Source of the DNA: Acidobacteriota bacterium
GTDB taxonomy: Bacteria; Acidobacteriota; UBA6911; RPQK01; JAJDTT01
Direction of reading: 5' to 3'
Length of the DNA stretch: 64,000 nucleotides
NCBI GenBank assembly: GCA_965217775.1
Contig: CBDCJH010000002.1
Coordinates: forward strand, 128,001-192,000
Positions within the stretch are counted from its first letter, which is position 1; each line of letters opens with the position of its first letter. Of the stretch, positions 11,290 to 20,495 are shown in pieces. Under the pieces are notes generated by a model, which did not search any database, was not told where the DNA came from, and saw only the letters and a list, made by a program, of their open reading frames with translations. The translations under genes were made by a program, and so were the position numbers.

Positions 11290-11993
11290 CCATGCCCCAT
11301 GCCGGCGAACCGGACCTGCTTCAACTAGAGGACGTCTCGCGCGTCTACCAGCAGGGAGAGCAGACGGTCCACGCCTTGCGGAGAGTCAGCCTGACTTTCC
11401 AGCGGGGGGAACTGGTGGCCATCGCCGGTCCTTCCGGATCGGGCAAGACCACACTGCTCAACGTCTCCTGCGGAATCGACCATCCCACCCGCGGCCGCGT
11501 CCGTATGCAGGGGATCGATCTGGCGCACAGAAGCCGCAAGCAACTGACTCGGCTCCGGCTCGAGCGGGTCGGTTTCATCTTTCAGGCCAACAATCTGTTG
11601 CCGGTGCTGACGGTGGAGGAAAACGCCGAATTCATTCTCCTGCTTCGAGGAGTCCCCCGTCGCCAACGCCGGGAAAAGGTCCGGGCCATTTTGGAGGAGG
11701 TGGGGTTGGAAGGACTGGAAGACCGAAAGCCGGACCAGCTCTCCGGGGGACAACAGCAGCGGGTGGCGGTCGCGCGTGCGGTGGTGGCGGAGCCGCCGCT
11801 GATTCTGGCCGATGAGCCCACGGCCAACCTGGACAGCCGCACGGCTCTCTCCCTGCTGGATCTGATGGAAAGGCTCAACCGCGACAACGGGACGACCTTC
11901 ATCTTCTCCACCCACGATCCCAGGGTCATGGAACGGGCCAGGCGGACCATCCGCCTGGTGGATGGGGAAGTCGATGCCGACGAACGGTGCTGA
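11286..11993 (+). CDS. ABC ATP-binding protein, LolD-like
   Basis: Walker A GPSGSGKT, LSGGQQQR, LADEPTANLD. Confidence 0.95.
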   Translation: MTMPHAGEPDLLQLEDVSRVYQQGEQTVHALRRVSLTFQRGELVAIAGPSGSGKTTLLNVSCGIDHPTRGRVRMQGIDLAHRSRKQLTRLRLERVGFIFQANNLLPVLTVEENAEFILLLRGVPRRQRREKVRAILEEVGLEGLEDRKPDQLSGGQQQRVAVARAVVAEPPLILADEPTANLDSRTALSLLDLMERLNRDNGTTFIFSTHDPRVMERARRTIRLVDGEVDADERC

Positions 11994-13176
11994 CCCGCGG
12001 TCTTGGCCGTGGCTGTTCCTCTGGTTCTGGTTTCTGGCCACGCCTGGTCTCCAGGCCCGGGACCTGGACTGGGGTGGATCGATCCGATCCTATCTTTTCC
12101 TGAGAGAGAGGCCGGTTCCGGCGGCCAGGAGTGATTCCGAGCTGGCCATATTCCGCCTGACGTCCAATCTGGAACTCTCTCGGCGCGTCCGCGTGGAATC
12201 CCACGCCATACTGAATTTCCTTTCTCCTCCCCTGTCCACATCGGCCCATCTGGCCGATTCCTCGGCCGCTCTCTACCTGCCGTTGGAGCATCGCCTGATG
12301 AACCGGCCGGAGGGGCGACTGCTGGCCGCTTTCGACCGCCTGAACCTGGAGCTGGAGTTCGACCGGCTGGACGTCATCGTGGGGAGGCAGGCGCTCACCT
12401 GGGGCGTCAGCTACTTCTGGCCGGCCCTGGATCTCTTCGCTCCCTTCGCTCCCCAGCGCCTCGACCGGGACTACAAGCCCGGCATCGACGCCGTCCGCGG
12501 GGTATTGCGCCTGGGGCAGTTCTCCGAGTTGGAGGTCGTGGCCGCCTCACTGGGTCCTGAACCCGGAGAGGATGGTGCTGCCGGGTTTCATCTTCGGCTG
12601 AACGCCGGGGCTGTGGACGTGGGGGTCATGGGGGGCAGTTTCCACGGGGATGACGTGGCCGGTCTTTTCCTGACTTCCGACCTTGCCGGGACCGGCCTGC
12701 GGGGTGAGGTCAGCTGGACGCGCTCCGGAGACGCAGCGGATGCGGAGCGGAACCGGGAGACATTCTGGAGGGGTTCGGTGGGAGTCGATCGGCAGTTGAC
12801 ACCCTATCTGACCTTGATCCTGGAGGGCGCCTACAACGGCTATGGGACCGGTTCGCCCGGAGAGTACCCCCTCTATTTCGACTCCGACCGGATCTCGCGG
12901 GGGGAGGTCAACGGAACGGGCCGGCTCTATGGAGGAGTCTCGCTGGCTCTGCTCCTGCACCCTCTTTGCACTTTCTCCACCACCGCACTCTTCAACGGGA
13001 GCGACGGCTCCCTCCTCTGGTTGCCCTCCCTGACCTGGTCCACCGGCAACGACTCGGAGTTCCTGGTGGGAACCCAACTCGGGTTCGGCGCCGCTCCCGG
13101 CGCGGATGGCCGGCGCGGAACCGAGTACGGAGGGGTGCCCCGGACCCTTTTCTTCGGTTTCAAGCAATACTTCTGA
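11974..13176 (+). CDS. Putative outer-membrane beta-barrel protein
   Basis: Signal peptide, 'VGRQALTWG', alternating hydrophobic strands, C-terminal FKQYF. Confidence 0.7.
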   Translation: MPTNGADPRSWPWLFLWFWFLATPGLQARDLDWGGSIRSYLFLRERPVPAARSDSELAIFRLTSNLELSRRVRVESHAILNFLSPPLSTSAHLADSSAALYLPLEHRLMNRPEGRLLAAFDRLNLELEFDRLDVIVGRQALTWGVSYFWPALDLFAPFAPQRLDRDYKPGIDAVRGVLRLGQFSELEVVAASLGPEPGEDGAAGFHLRLNAGAVDVGVMGGSFHGDDVAGLFLTSDLAGTGLRGEVSWTRSGDAADAERNRETFWRGSVGVDRQLTPYLTLILEGAYNGYGTGSPGEYPLYFDSDRISRGEVNGTGRLYGGVSLALLLHPLCTFSTTALFNGSDGSLLWLPSLTWSTGNDSEFLVGTQLGFGAAPGADGRRGTEYGGVPRTLFFGFKQYF

Positions 13177-13321
13177 CGCCTCGCCCAGCTCCCGCAGAGG
13201 GACTGGCCGAACGACCCGTAGAACCTGGGACGAGTCCCCGTGGCAGCGGGAGTCGCCGGGGCCAAACCCTTGCGGCTGAATCCTTTGGCATCAGACTGGC
13301 GTGATACTCTTCCTCCACGCC

Positions 13322-14224
13322 ATGCGAATCATCCCTTGCTTGCTGCTGTTGCTGACCGTATCGGTTTTCGGACAACCGCCCCCGGTCACAAACGATGCGC
13401 CGGAGGGCGTCCGGATCACTCCACTCGCCAGGGCCTTCCAGCCGGGAGAGGTGGTGCTGGTTACCTTGACTGCGCCGCGCCGCGTGGATCGGGTCGCATT
13501 GCGGGTCTTCCAGCAGAACCTGCCTCTCGAACCCGGCCTGGGGGAAGTTCCGACCAACTGGTGGGCCCTCGTCGGAATCGACCTGAATACGAAACCGGGG
13601 GGCTACTTGCTCCGGTTCGAACTCTACGCGCAGGATCGCATTTTTGCCCGGGCGGATCACCGCATCACGATCAAGAAGAAGAATTTCCCGACGCGCAGGC
13701 TCAACCTGCCGGAGAAATTCGTGACTCCTCCGAAAGCGTCCCTGGCCAGAATCAAACGGGAGTCGCGGCTCATATCCGGCATCTTCGCCGAAGCGGGCAG
13801 CGAGAGGCACTGGTCCGGGTTCTTCCTCCGGCCCGTTCCGGGACGCGCCAACAGCAGTTTCGGAAAGCGGAGCATCCTCAACGGAAAACCTCGCAGCCCC
13901 CATAGCGGGACCGACTTCCGCGCCTCCAGGGGCACTCCGGTCAAGAGTCCCAACGCCGGGATGACGGTGCTGGCCCAGAATCTCTACTATGCGGGCAACA
14001 CCGTGATCCTGGACCATGGCCAGGGCCTGTATTCCTATTTCGCCCACCTCGATGACTTTACGGTCAAGAAGGGAGACCGCGTGGAGCGGGGAGACCTCAT
14101 CGGACACGTCGGATCCACGGGCCGGGTCACGGGTCCGCACCTTCACTGGACCGTTCGGCTCCGGAAAGCCCGGGTCGACCCGCTATCGCTCATGGAGATC
14201 CTCGCCCGCTTCGAATCGAGCTGA
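13322..14224 (+). CDS. M23 metallopeptidase
   Basis: HSGTDF (HxxxD) and GPHLHW (HxH) motifs; signal peptide. Confidence 0.92.
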   Translation: MRIIPCLLLLLTVSVFGQPPPVTNDAPEGVRITPLARAFQPGEVVLVTLTAPRRVDRVALRVFQQNLPLEPGLGEVPTNWWALVGIDLNTKPGGYLLRFELYAQDRIFARADHRITIKKKNFPTRRLNLPEKFVTPPKASLARIKRESRLISGIFAEAGSERHWSGFFLRPVPGRANSSFGKRSILNGKPRSPHSGTDFRASRGTPVKSPNAGMTVLAQNLYYAGNTVILDHGQGLYSYFAHLDDFTVKKGDRVERGDLIGHVGSTGRVTGPHLHWTVRLRKARVDPLSLMEILARFESS

Positions 14225-14269
14225 AGACAAGGCGAAGGAACGGTCTCGAAGGCCGCCACGCCCTCCACC

Positions 14270-14300
14270 CGAATGCCGTGACGACTTTTACCACGGGCTG
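14270..14300 (-). repeat. Truncated MITE end (31 bp remnant)
   Basis: cgaatgccgtgacgacttttaccacgggctg matches the element terminus; ggcgaaggaacggtctcg at about 14231-14248 resembles an internal piece in the opposite orientation. Confidence 0.8.
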
Positions 14301-14305
14301 ATAAG

Positions 14306-15658
14306 GTGCAGCAGATGCAGGTTTGGATCGCCTTGGCGGCCATGGCCTGGACGGCCGCGGAAGTGGAACAGGCATACCGCCGGGACTTCACGGGCGCCCT
14401 CATGCGGGTCGACTATTTCCACATCGGCACGGCCACGAAGGAGCGTTTCAGCCTGGATCGAATTCGGGTCGAAGGCCCCTGGGCCGGAAATCCGCGCCGG
14501 CTGCTGGATTCTACAGGTTGGGGCAAGTACCGGTTCCAACTGGTCGATCCCGAATCGGGTCGAGTCCTTTTCTCCAGAGGGTTCTCCAGCATCTACGGGG
14601 AATGGGAGACGACGGGAGAGGCCAAGCAGGAAATCTGGCGCACCTTCCCGGAAGCGGTCTGCTTTCCGGAGCCGCGGCGAACCGTCCGGCTGGAGCTCTC
14701 CAAGCGGGACCGGCGACTCGTGTTCCAGCCGGTCTGGGACATTCTCATCGACCCAGGCTCAAACCAGGTCGACCGGTCTCCACCCAAGTCCGCCGCCGAG
14801 ACCACGCTGATGCGAAACGGTCCCACTTCCGACAAGGTGGACCTCCTCTTCCTGGGAGACGGGTATCCGGAAGAAGAAAAGTTCAAACGGGACGCCCGGC
14901 GCCTTGCCGAAGCCCTCTTCCGGGTCGAACCCTTCAACTCGCGCCGGACCGACTTCAACGTCAGGGGTCTCTTTACGCCCGCGGTGGCCGCAGGCGTGTC
15001 CCGGCCCGGCGCCGGCGTTTTCAGGAGTTCGCCCCTGGGCGCCAGTTACGATGCCCTCGGGTTGAAGCGCTACATCCTGACCACCGACGACCGGGCCTGG
15101 CGGAACGCGGCGGCGTCCGCTCCCAGTGACTTCGTGGTCATCCTGGTCAACAACGAGGAGTACGGAGGCGGGGGGATTTTCAACCTGTATGCGGCGGTGG
15201 CTGCGGATTCTTCCTACAGCTCCCACCTGCTGGTGCACGAGTTCGGGCATCTCTTCGCCGGTCTTGGAGACGAGTACTTCACCTCGACCGTGGCCTACCT
15301 GGACCTGATGGCGCCCGGCGTGGAGCCTTGGGAGCCGAACATCACGGCTCTGCTGGACCCGGCCCGGCTCAAATGGGGCCATCTGGTGCAGGTGGGAACG
15401 CCGCTTCCCACTCCGTGGGACAAGCAGGGGCACGAGCTCAGGACGCGCGGAAATGAAGAGAATTCGGCTGCTGCGCCGAAGGTTTTGGAGAATGAGCCCC
15501 ATGCGGGGATCGTGGGAGCTTTCGAAGGAGCCAGCTACACGCCCACGGGGCTGTACCGCCCCGCACTGACTTGCGTCATGTTCAGCCGCAATGAGCCCGA
15601 ATTCTGTCCGGTCTGCAGGGAAGCCATCGAACGGATGATCGATTTCCATGTCAAGTGA
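14306..15658 (+). CDS. Peptidase M64 (IgA peptidase family) with N-terminal domain
   Basis: 'KVDLLFLGDGY', YGGGG, HEFGHLFAGLGDEY, 'FEGASY...YRP..CVM...FCPVC'. Confidence 0.9.
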   Translation: MQQMQVWIALAAMAWTAAEVEQAYRRDFTGALMRVDYFHIGTATKERFSLDRIRVEGPWAGNPRRLLDSTGWGKYRFQLVDPESGRVLFSRGFSSIYGEWETTGEAKQEIWRTFPEAVCFPEPRRTVRLELSKRDRRLVFQPVWDILIDPGSNQVDRSPPKSAAETTLMRNGPTSDKVDLLFLGDGYPEEEKFKRDARRLAEALFRVEPFNSRRTDFNVRGLFTPAVAAGVSRPGAGVFRSSPLGASYDALGLKRYILTTDDRAWRNAAASAPSDFVVILVNNEEYGGGGIFNLYAAVAADSSYSSHLLVHEFGHLFAGLGDEYFTSTVAYLDLMAPGVEPWEPNITALLDPARLKWGHLVQVGTPLPTPWDKQGHELRTRGNEENSAAAPKVLENEPHAGIVGAFEGASYTPTGLYRPALTCVMFSRNEPEFCPVCREAIERMIDFHVK

Positions 15659-15686
15659 CGGGCCTCGACCCGGCGGAGGTGAGAAT

Positions 15687-16628
15687 ATGCGTTTGGAACA
15701 GATCAGGAAAATCGGAGTGGCGGGATCGGGCACCATGGGGACGGGCATCGCCCAGCTCTTCGCCCAGTCGGGCTTCCACGTCACCTGGTACAACCGCTCC
15801 GCCGCCGGCATCGAGCGGGGCTTCGGGGGCGTCCGCCGGAACCAGGAAATCCTCATCGATTCCGGCGCCCTGTCAGCGGGCGAAGCCAGAGAGTCCATGA
15901 CCCGCCTGCATCCCACGCTGGAGTTGTCCGATCTGGCCCCGGCCGATTTCGTGATCGAGTCCATCGCCGAAGACTTGGACGCCAAGAACCAGCTTTTCCG
16001 CTCCCTGACCCGAATCTGCCGTCCCGATGCCATCCTGACCACCAACACCTCGTGGTTGAGCATCTCCCAGATGGCGGAGTCGGCGTCCCCGCGCGAACGT
16101 TTTTCCGGTTTCCATTTCCTGAATCCCGCCCACATCATTCCTCTGTTGGAGGTCATCCCGGGAGAGGCAACCTCGGAACGGACCGTCGACCTGGCCATGG
16201 GCTTGGCCCGCCGGATCGGGAAGCAGCCGATCGTGGTGCGGAAAGAAGTCCCCGGGTATGTCTCCGTCCGGCTCCAGGCCGCCGTGGTTCGGGAGGCGAT
16301 TCACTTGGTGGAAGAGGGAGTCGCCACCAGCGAGGAGATCGACACGGCGATGAAGGAAGGACTGGGAGTGCGATGGGCCCTGCTCGGTCCCCTGGAGATC
16401 GCCGATCTCGGTGGCCTTGACGTGTTCAACATCGTCACTCGCAGCTTGAACCCGCACCTGTCGGCGGCGCAGGGTGGTCTCCGGCTGTTGGAATCCCTGG
16501 TGGCGTCGGGTCGGCTGGGCATCAAGAGCGGAGCCGGCTTTTACGAATATTCCGGCGACGAATCGGGGAAAGTCCTTGACGACAGGGACCGGAGGCTTCT
16601 GAAGCTGCTCCGGATCAAGTCCGAATGA
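15687..16628 (+). CDS. 3-hydroxyacyl-CoA dehydrogenase family protein
   Basis: GSGTMG Rossmann motif, ESIAEDLDAK, TNTS, GFHFLNP, LGIKSGAGFY. Confidence 0.92.
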   Translation: MRLEQIRKIGVAGSGTMGTGIAQLFAQSGFHVTWYNRSAAGIERGFGGVRRNQEILIDSGALSAGEARESMTRLHPTLELSDLAPADFVIESIAEDLDAKNQLFRSLTRICRPDAILTTNTSWLSISQMAESASPRERFSGFHFLNPAHIIPLLEVIPGEATSERTVDLAMGLARRIGKQPIVVRKEVPGYVSVRLQAAVVREAIHLVEEGVATSEEIDTAMKEGLGVRWALLGPLEIADLGGLDVFNIVTRSLNPHLSAAQGGLRLLESLVASGRLGIKSGAGFYEYSGDESGKVLDDRDRRLLKLLRIKSE

Positions 16629-16723
16629 AGCCGGAGCCAATGCCGCTGCCGACTGTGAATCTTTACTGAACGACTATTGGCCACAGCCATCGTCCGGCAA
16701 TCTCCATACCGGGGACCTCAGAC

Positions 16724-17758
16724 ATGATCCAAGCGCACTCCTTCCGCTCCAGCACGGAGGCGGTGCGGACGTCGACCGGTATCGTCATTCCCGTTTTCTT
16801 TCCACCCGGGGTGGATCGGCAGGTGGGTCACGACCTGCTCTCGGACACCGTCGATGCCTGCGTCCGCCAGGTCGAACGGCCCGAGTCCGTCTGTTTGAGC
16901 GTGGACGGCGAACCCTACGGGAGAGACGTCGGGGAAGTCCTGTCCCGCCGCTTCCAGGTCCGGCTCACCTGGTGCCCCCAAAACAAGGGGAAACTCCAAG
17001 CTGTGCGCCGGGGCATGGAGCTGTTGCTGGAGGAAGGCGGCCATGACTATCTGGCCTCGCTGGACGCGGACGGGGACCACTTTCCTCACGAGCTCGCCAA
17101 CGGGATCCGTTCGGCCCAATACGCGATCCGGAAGGACCCGGACCTGGAGGTCCTGGTGTTGGGCAGGAGGATCAGCCGGCATCGGCCCATGGGCCTCATG
17201 AGGGGCGAGATGGAGGAGTTGGCCGACCGCATTCTACTGGACGCCCTGGCCTACTCCGCCACGGTCCGGGGGTGTCCCTTGCGGCTCGAATACGCCACGG
17301 TGCTGGAGGAGTTTCCCGACTTTCACTCCGGATTCAAGATGCTCACCCGCGACTTGGCCCGGCGGGTCTTCCTGACCGAGCCGAAACTGTGCGGGGGGAC
17401 GGAGGACGCCTATTTCAGGCACGGATGCGAGTCGGTGGTGACGGTGGAGAGCCTCTTGGCCGGCGCCTGTCTGGTGGTGTTCAACCGGACCACCCTCAAC
17501 GAGCCGGTCATCTCCTCGTTCGGCCTTCTGGAACGCACCCGCATGGTGGCCGACAAGATCGTCTGGCCCTGCCGCCGGCTCGGGATCCCCGGCCCCTTCG
17601 TCCGCCAATGGCTGCGAAACCATCTGCCCCGGCTCTTGTTGAGCACCCTCGCTCCCCAAGGGAGAGAGGAATTGAAGCAGATCCGCCGGCTCGTCCTGGA
17701 GGACCTGGGAATGGAAGACGACCCTGACGAGCCCATCGAGGCTCCACTGACCGTTTAG
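16724..17758 (+). CDS. Glycosyltransferase family 2-like protein
   Basis: 'IVIPVF', 'NKGKLQAVRRG', DADGDH motif, 'DFHSGFK'. Confidence 0.7.
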   Translation: MIQAHSFRSSTEAVRTSTGIVIPVFFPPGVDRQVGHDLLSDTVDACVRQVERPESVCLSVDGEPYGRDVGEVLSRRFQVRLTWCPQNKGKLQAVRRGMELLLEEGGHDYLASLDADGDHFPHELANGIRSAQYAIRKDPDLEVLVLGRRISRHRPMGLMRGEMEELADRILLDALAYSATVRGCPLRLEYATVLEEFPDFHSGFKMLTRDLARRVFLTEPKLCGGTEDAYFRHGCESVVTVESLLAGACLVVFNRTTLNEPVISSFGLLERTRMVADKIVWPCRRLGIPGPFVRQWLRNHLPRLLLSTLAPQGREELKQIRRLVLEDLGMEDDPDEPIEAPLTV

Positions 17759-17828
17759 GTCGCTTTCACCGTATGGTAGTGGGCGCCGTGAGTCGTTCCC
17801 GAATCCTTCAACGATTCGGGAGTTCCTT

Positions 17829-18980
17829 TCACGAGACTTCCAGGACGCCCTTGATGTAGGCCTCGTCCTTGGAGTCGCCGCCGAAGGCGCCCTTCACCGT
17901 CTCCAGGGTCGGATAGCGGTGAGTGATGAGGGACTGGACGTCCACCTGTCGCGTCTGAATCAGTTCTACGGCCCGGGTCGTGGTCTCGGACCGCCGGGTC
18001 GCCGGATTCAGCGCACCCGAGGCCCCCACCGAGACCACCAGCGTCGGTTCCAGAAAGAGCAGGCGGTTGATGACGCTCAGATCGGTTCCCTGATGCCCGT
18101 GCCCGTAGAGCAACACCGTGGCCTGCTTTCGAATCAGTGAGGAGATGGTCCGGAAGGCGGCTCCGCTTCCGGTGGCCTCGATGAGCAGGTCGATCTTCCG
18201 GCCCCGGGTCACCTGGGCAACCATTTCCACCAGCTCGGATTGGGCCACGTCCAAAGGCGTTCCTCCCAGGCGCTTCACCAGGCTCAGCTTCTCCGGGACC
18301 CGATCCGCAACCAGCACCGTCCCCTCGTATCCCACTTCCCGCCGGAGGTTCTGGAGGAACAGCAGGCCGGCCGGTCCCGCGCCCAGGATCAGGACGTTCT
18401 CGATCGCTCGCGACCCCTGGGGCCCCGGATGGAACATGTAGCGGGCGGGGGTCCGCACCACCCGGTCCAGGGCATGGAGGATGCAACCCAGAGGTTCCGA
18501 GAGGGCGGTCTCCGGAAATCCCATCTCCCCCTGCAGCCGGACCGCGTTCACTGCCGGAATCGCGACCCGTTCCCGCATGGCTCCCGGAATTCCGGTGATG
18601 CCCAGTTCCTGATAGTGGAGACATTGGTGCGAGTCCCCGCCGGCGCAGTACTCGCAGACGGGAGTGATCCGCTGGCTGTAGCAGTTCAGGCCCTGGTCCA
18701 CGGCCACCCTGTCCCCCGGCGCCAGATCTCTTACCTGGGCACCGGCTTCGAGTACGGTCCCGCAGAACTCGTGCCCCAGGATCTGGGGCTGGACCGAGAG
18801 CGGGATCGGCCGGCCGCCGGCATCGGAGTTGTAGTTGGCCTCGCCCTGAAAGATGTGGAAGTCGGTACCGCAGACGCCCACTGCTCCGACCTGGATCAAG
18901 ACGTCGTGATCTCCGCATTCCGGTTCCGGGACGTCGGCCACATCGAGCCGTCCTGGGCGTTCCAGCAGTAAAGCCTTCAT
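17829..18980 (-). CDS. Zn-dependent alcohol/polyol dehydrogenase
   Basis: GVCGTD, GHEFCG, structural Cys cluster, GAGPAG. Confidence 0.93.
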   Translation of the reverse strand: MKALLLERPGRLDVADVPEPECGDHDVLIQVGAVGVCGTDFHIFQGEANYNSDAGGRPIPLSVQPQILGHEFCGTVLEAGAQVRDLAPGDRVAVDQGLNCYSQRITPVCEYCAGGDSHQCLHYQELGITGIPGAMRERVAIPAVNAVRLQGEMGFPETALSEPLGCILHALDRVVRTPARYMFHPGPQGSRAIENVLILGAGPAGLLFLQNLRREVGYEGTVLVADRVPEKLSLVKRLGGTPLDVAQSELVEMVAQVTRGRKIDLLIEATGSGAAFRTISSLIRKQATVLLYGHGHQGTDLSVINRLLFLEPTLVVSVGASGALNPATRRSETTTRAVELIQTRQVDVQSLITHRYPTLETVKGAFGGDSKDEAYIKGVLEVS

Positions 18981-19018
18981 TGGGGTCCCGTGATGTTACC
19001 AGTCCGCCGCCGGGACTT

Positions 19019-20479
19019 TCACGCTCGCCGGATGCTTGAGGCTCCAGCATCCTCGACATCGGAAACGGGAACCGCCGGCGGGGTCAGGAGGGATACCGAC
19101 ACATAGGCGAGGGTCGAGAGGAGCACCGCCGGGAAGACGCGGTGGACCAGGGCGACCTCCGGGAGGTGGGGCCAGACAATCAGGCAGGTGATCCCCGTGG
19201 CGTAGGAGGTCAGAACCGCCCGGCCGTTGCCCCGGTTCCAATAGAGTCCGAACAGCAGGCTGGGCAGGAAGCAGGAGGCGTAGAGGCTCCCGGAGAATGC
19301 CGTGATGGACACGACGCCCCCCGGAGGGTTCAACGCCACCACGGCGGTCACCACGGCGAAGAGAGCGACGTAGACGCGAGTGGACTGCAGGATGGCCCGT
19401 TCGCTGCGCCCCTTCCAGATCAGGCCCACCAGATCCCGCTCGCAGGTGGAGGCCACGACCAGAAGCACCGAATCCAGGGAGGACATGGCGGCGGAAACCA
19501 TGGCCACGAAAAGGAAGGCGCTCACGAAGGGACCGAAGACCTCCCCTCCGGCCAGAAGCGCCGGCACGACCCGGTCGGTGTCTTCCAGCCCCGGGGGCAG
19601 AATCCGGCGCGCGAACAGCCCGATGGGCGTCAGCAGGCTGAACACCAGAAGAAAAATTCCCGGGGAGATCCAGGCGCCCTGACGGACCGCCTTCCGATTC
19701 TCCAGGGCATAGAAGCGGGACAGTTGCCTGGGCTCCACCAAGGCCTTGATGGTGGTGGCGAAGATGACGCCCAGCAGCAGAGTCAGCGGGAGCGGTCCCG
19801 CCACCGAGGAGGGAACCTGATCCACAACCTGGGAAATCGGCTCCCAGCCGCCGGCGGCCCGGTAGGTCCCCGTGAAGAGCACCACGGCGGCGACGATCAT
19901 CAAACCGCCCTGAATCACGTCGGTCCGGACCACCGAATGGAAGCCGCCCACGGCCGTGTAGAGCATGACGACGACCAGAACCATTCCGATGGCCGTCCAG
20001 TAGGGGACCTCCAGGACCGCCTCCAGCAGGTTTCCGATGCCTTTGAAGACCGCCGTCATGTAGATCACGCTGGAAAAGAGAACCAGGAGGGCCGCTCCCA
20101 CCCGCGCCGGAGTGCTGGCGAAACGGAATCCGATGAAGTCGGGAACGGTGACCGAGCCCATGGAGGCGGTCCGCTCCCGCAACCGGGGCGCCACCCAGAT
20201 CCAGGCCATCCAGGTGAAACCCACCGCGAAGGGCACCAGGAGCAGCCAGGACAGACCGTAACTGTAAGCCTGACCCGAGAAACCCACGTAGCTGTTGGTG
20301 CTGGCGTAAGTGGCGAAAAACGAGATCCCCAGTGTGACGCCTCCCAGGGATCGTCCGCCGACGAAGAAGTCCAGCCAGCCTCGGGTCCGGCGCTGCCCGA
20401 TCCAGGCATGGTAGACCATGAGTGCCGTGTAGACGCCCAAGAGCGCCAGCACCAGGCCGTGTTCCCCGACCCAGGTCAC
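19019..20479 (-). CDS. Sodium:solute symporter
   Basis: 'DFFVGGR', 'YTAVGGFHSVVRTDVIQG', 'AAMSSLDS'; many TM segments. Confidence 0.92.
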   Translation of the reverse strand: MTWVGEHGLVLALLGVYTALMVYHAWIGQRRTRGWLDFFVGGRSLGGVTLGISFFATYASTNSYVGFSGQAYSYGLSWLLLVPFAVGFTWMAWIWVAPRLRERTASMGSVTVPDFIGFRFASTPARVGAALLVLFSSVIYMTAVFKGIGNLLEAVLEVPYWTAIGMVLVVVMLYTAVGGFHSVVRTDVIQGGLMIVAAVVLFTGTYRAAGGWEPISQVVDQVPSSVAGPLPLTLLLGVIFATTIKALVEPRQLSRFYALENRKAVRQGAWISPGIFLLVFSLLTPIGLFARRILPPGLEDTDRVVPALLAGGEVFGPFVSAFLFVAMVSAAMSSLDSVLLVVASTCERDLVGLIWKGRSERAILQSTRVYVALFAVVTAVVALNPPGGVVSITAFSGSLYASCFLPSLLFGLYWNRGNGRAVLTSYATGITCLIVWPHLPEVALVHRVFPAVLLSTLAYVSVSLLTPPAVPVSDVEDAGASSIRRA

Positions 20480-20495
20480 GACGGGAGGCTCCTCG

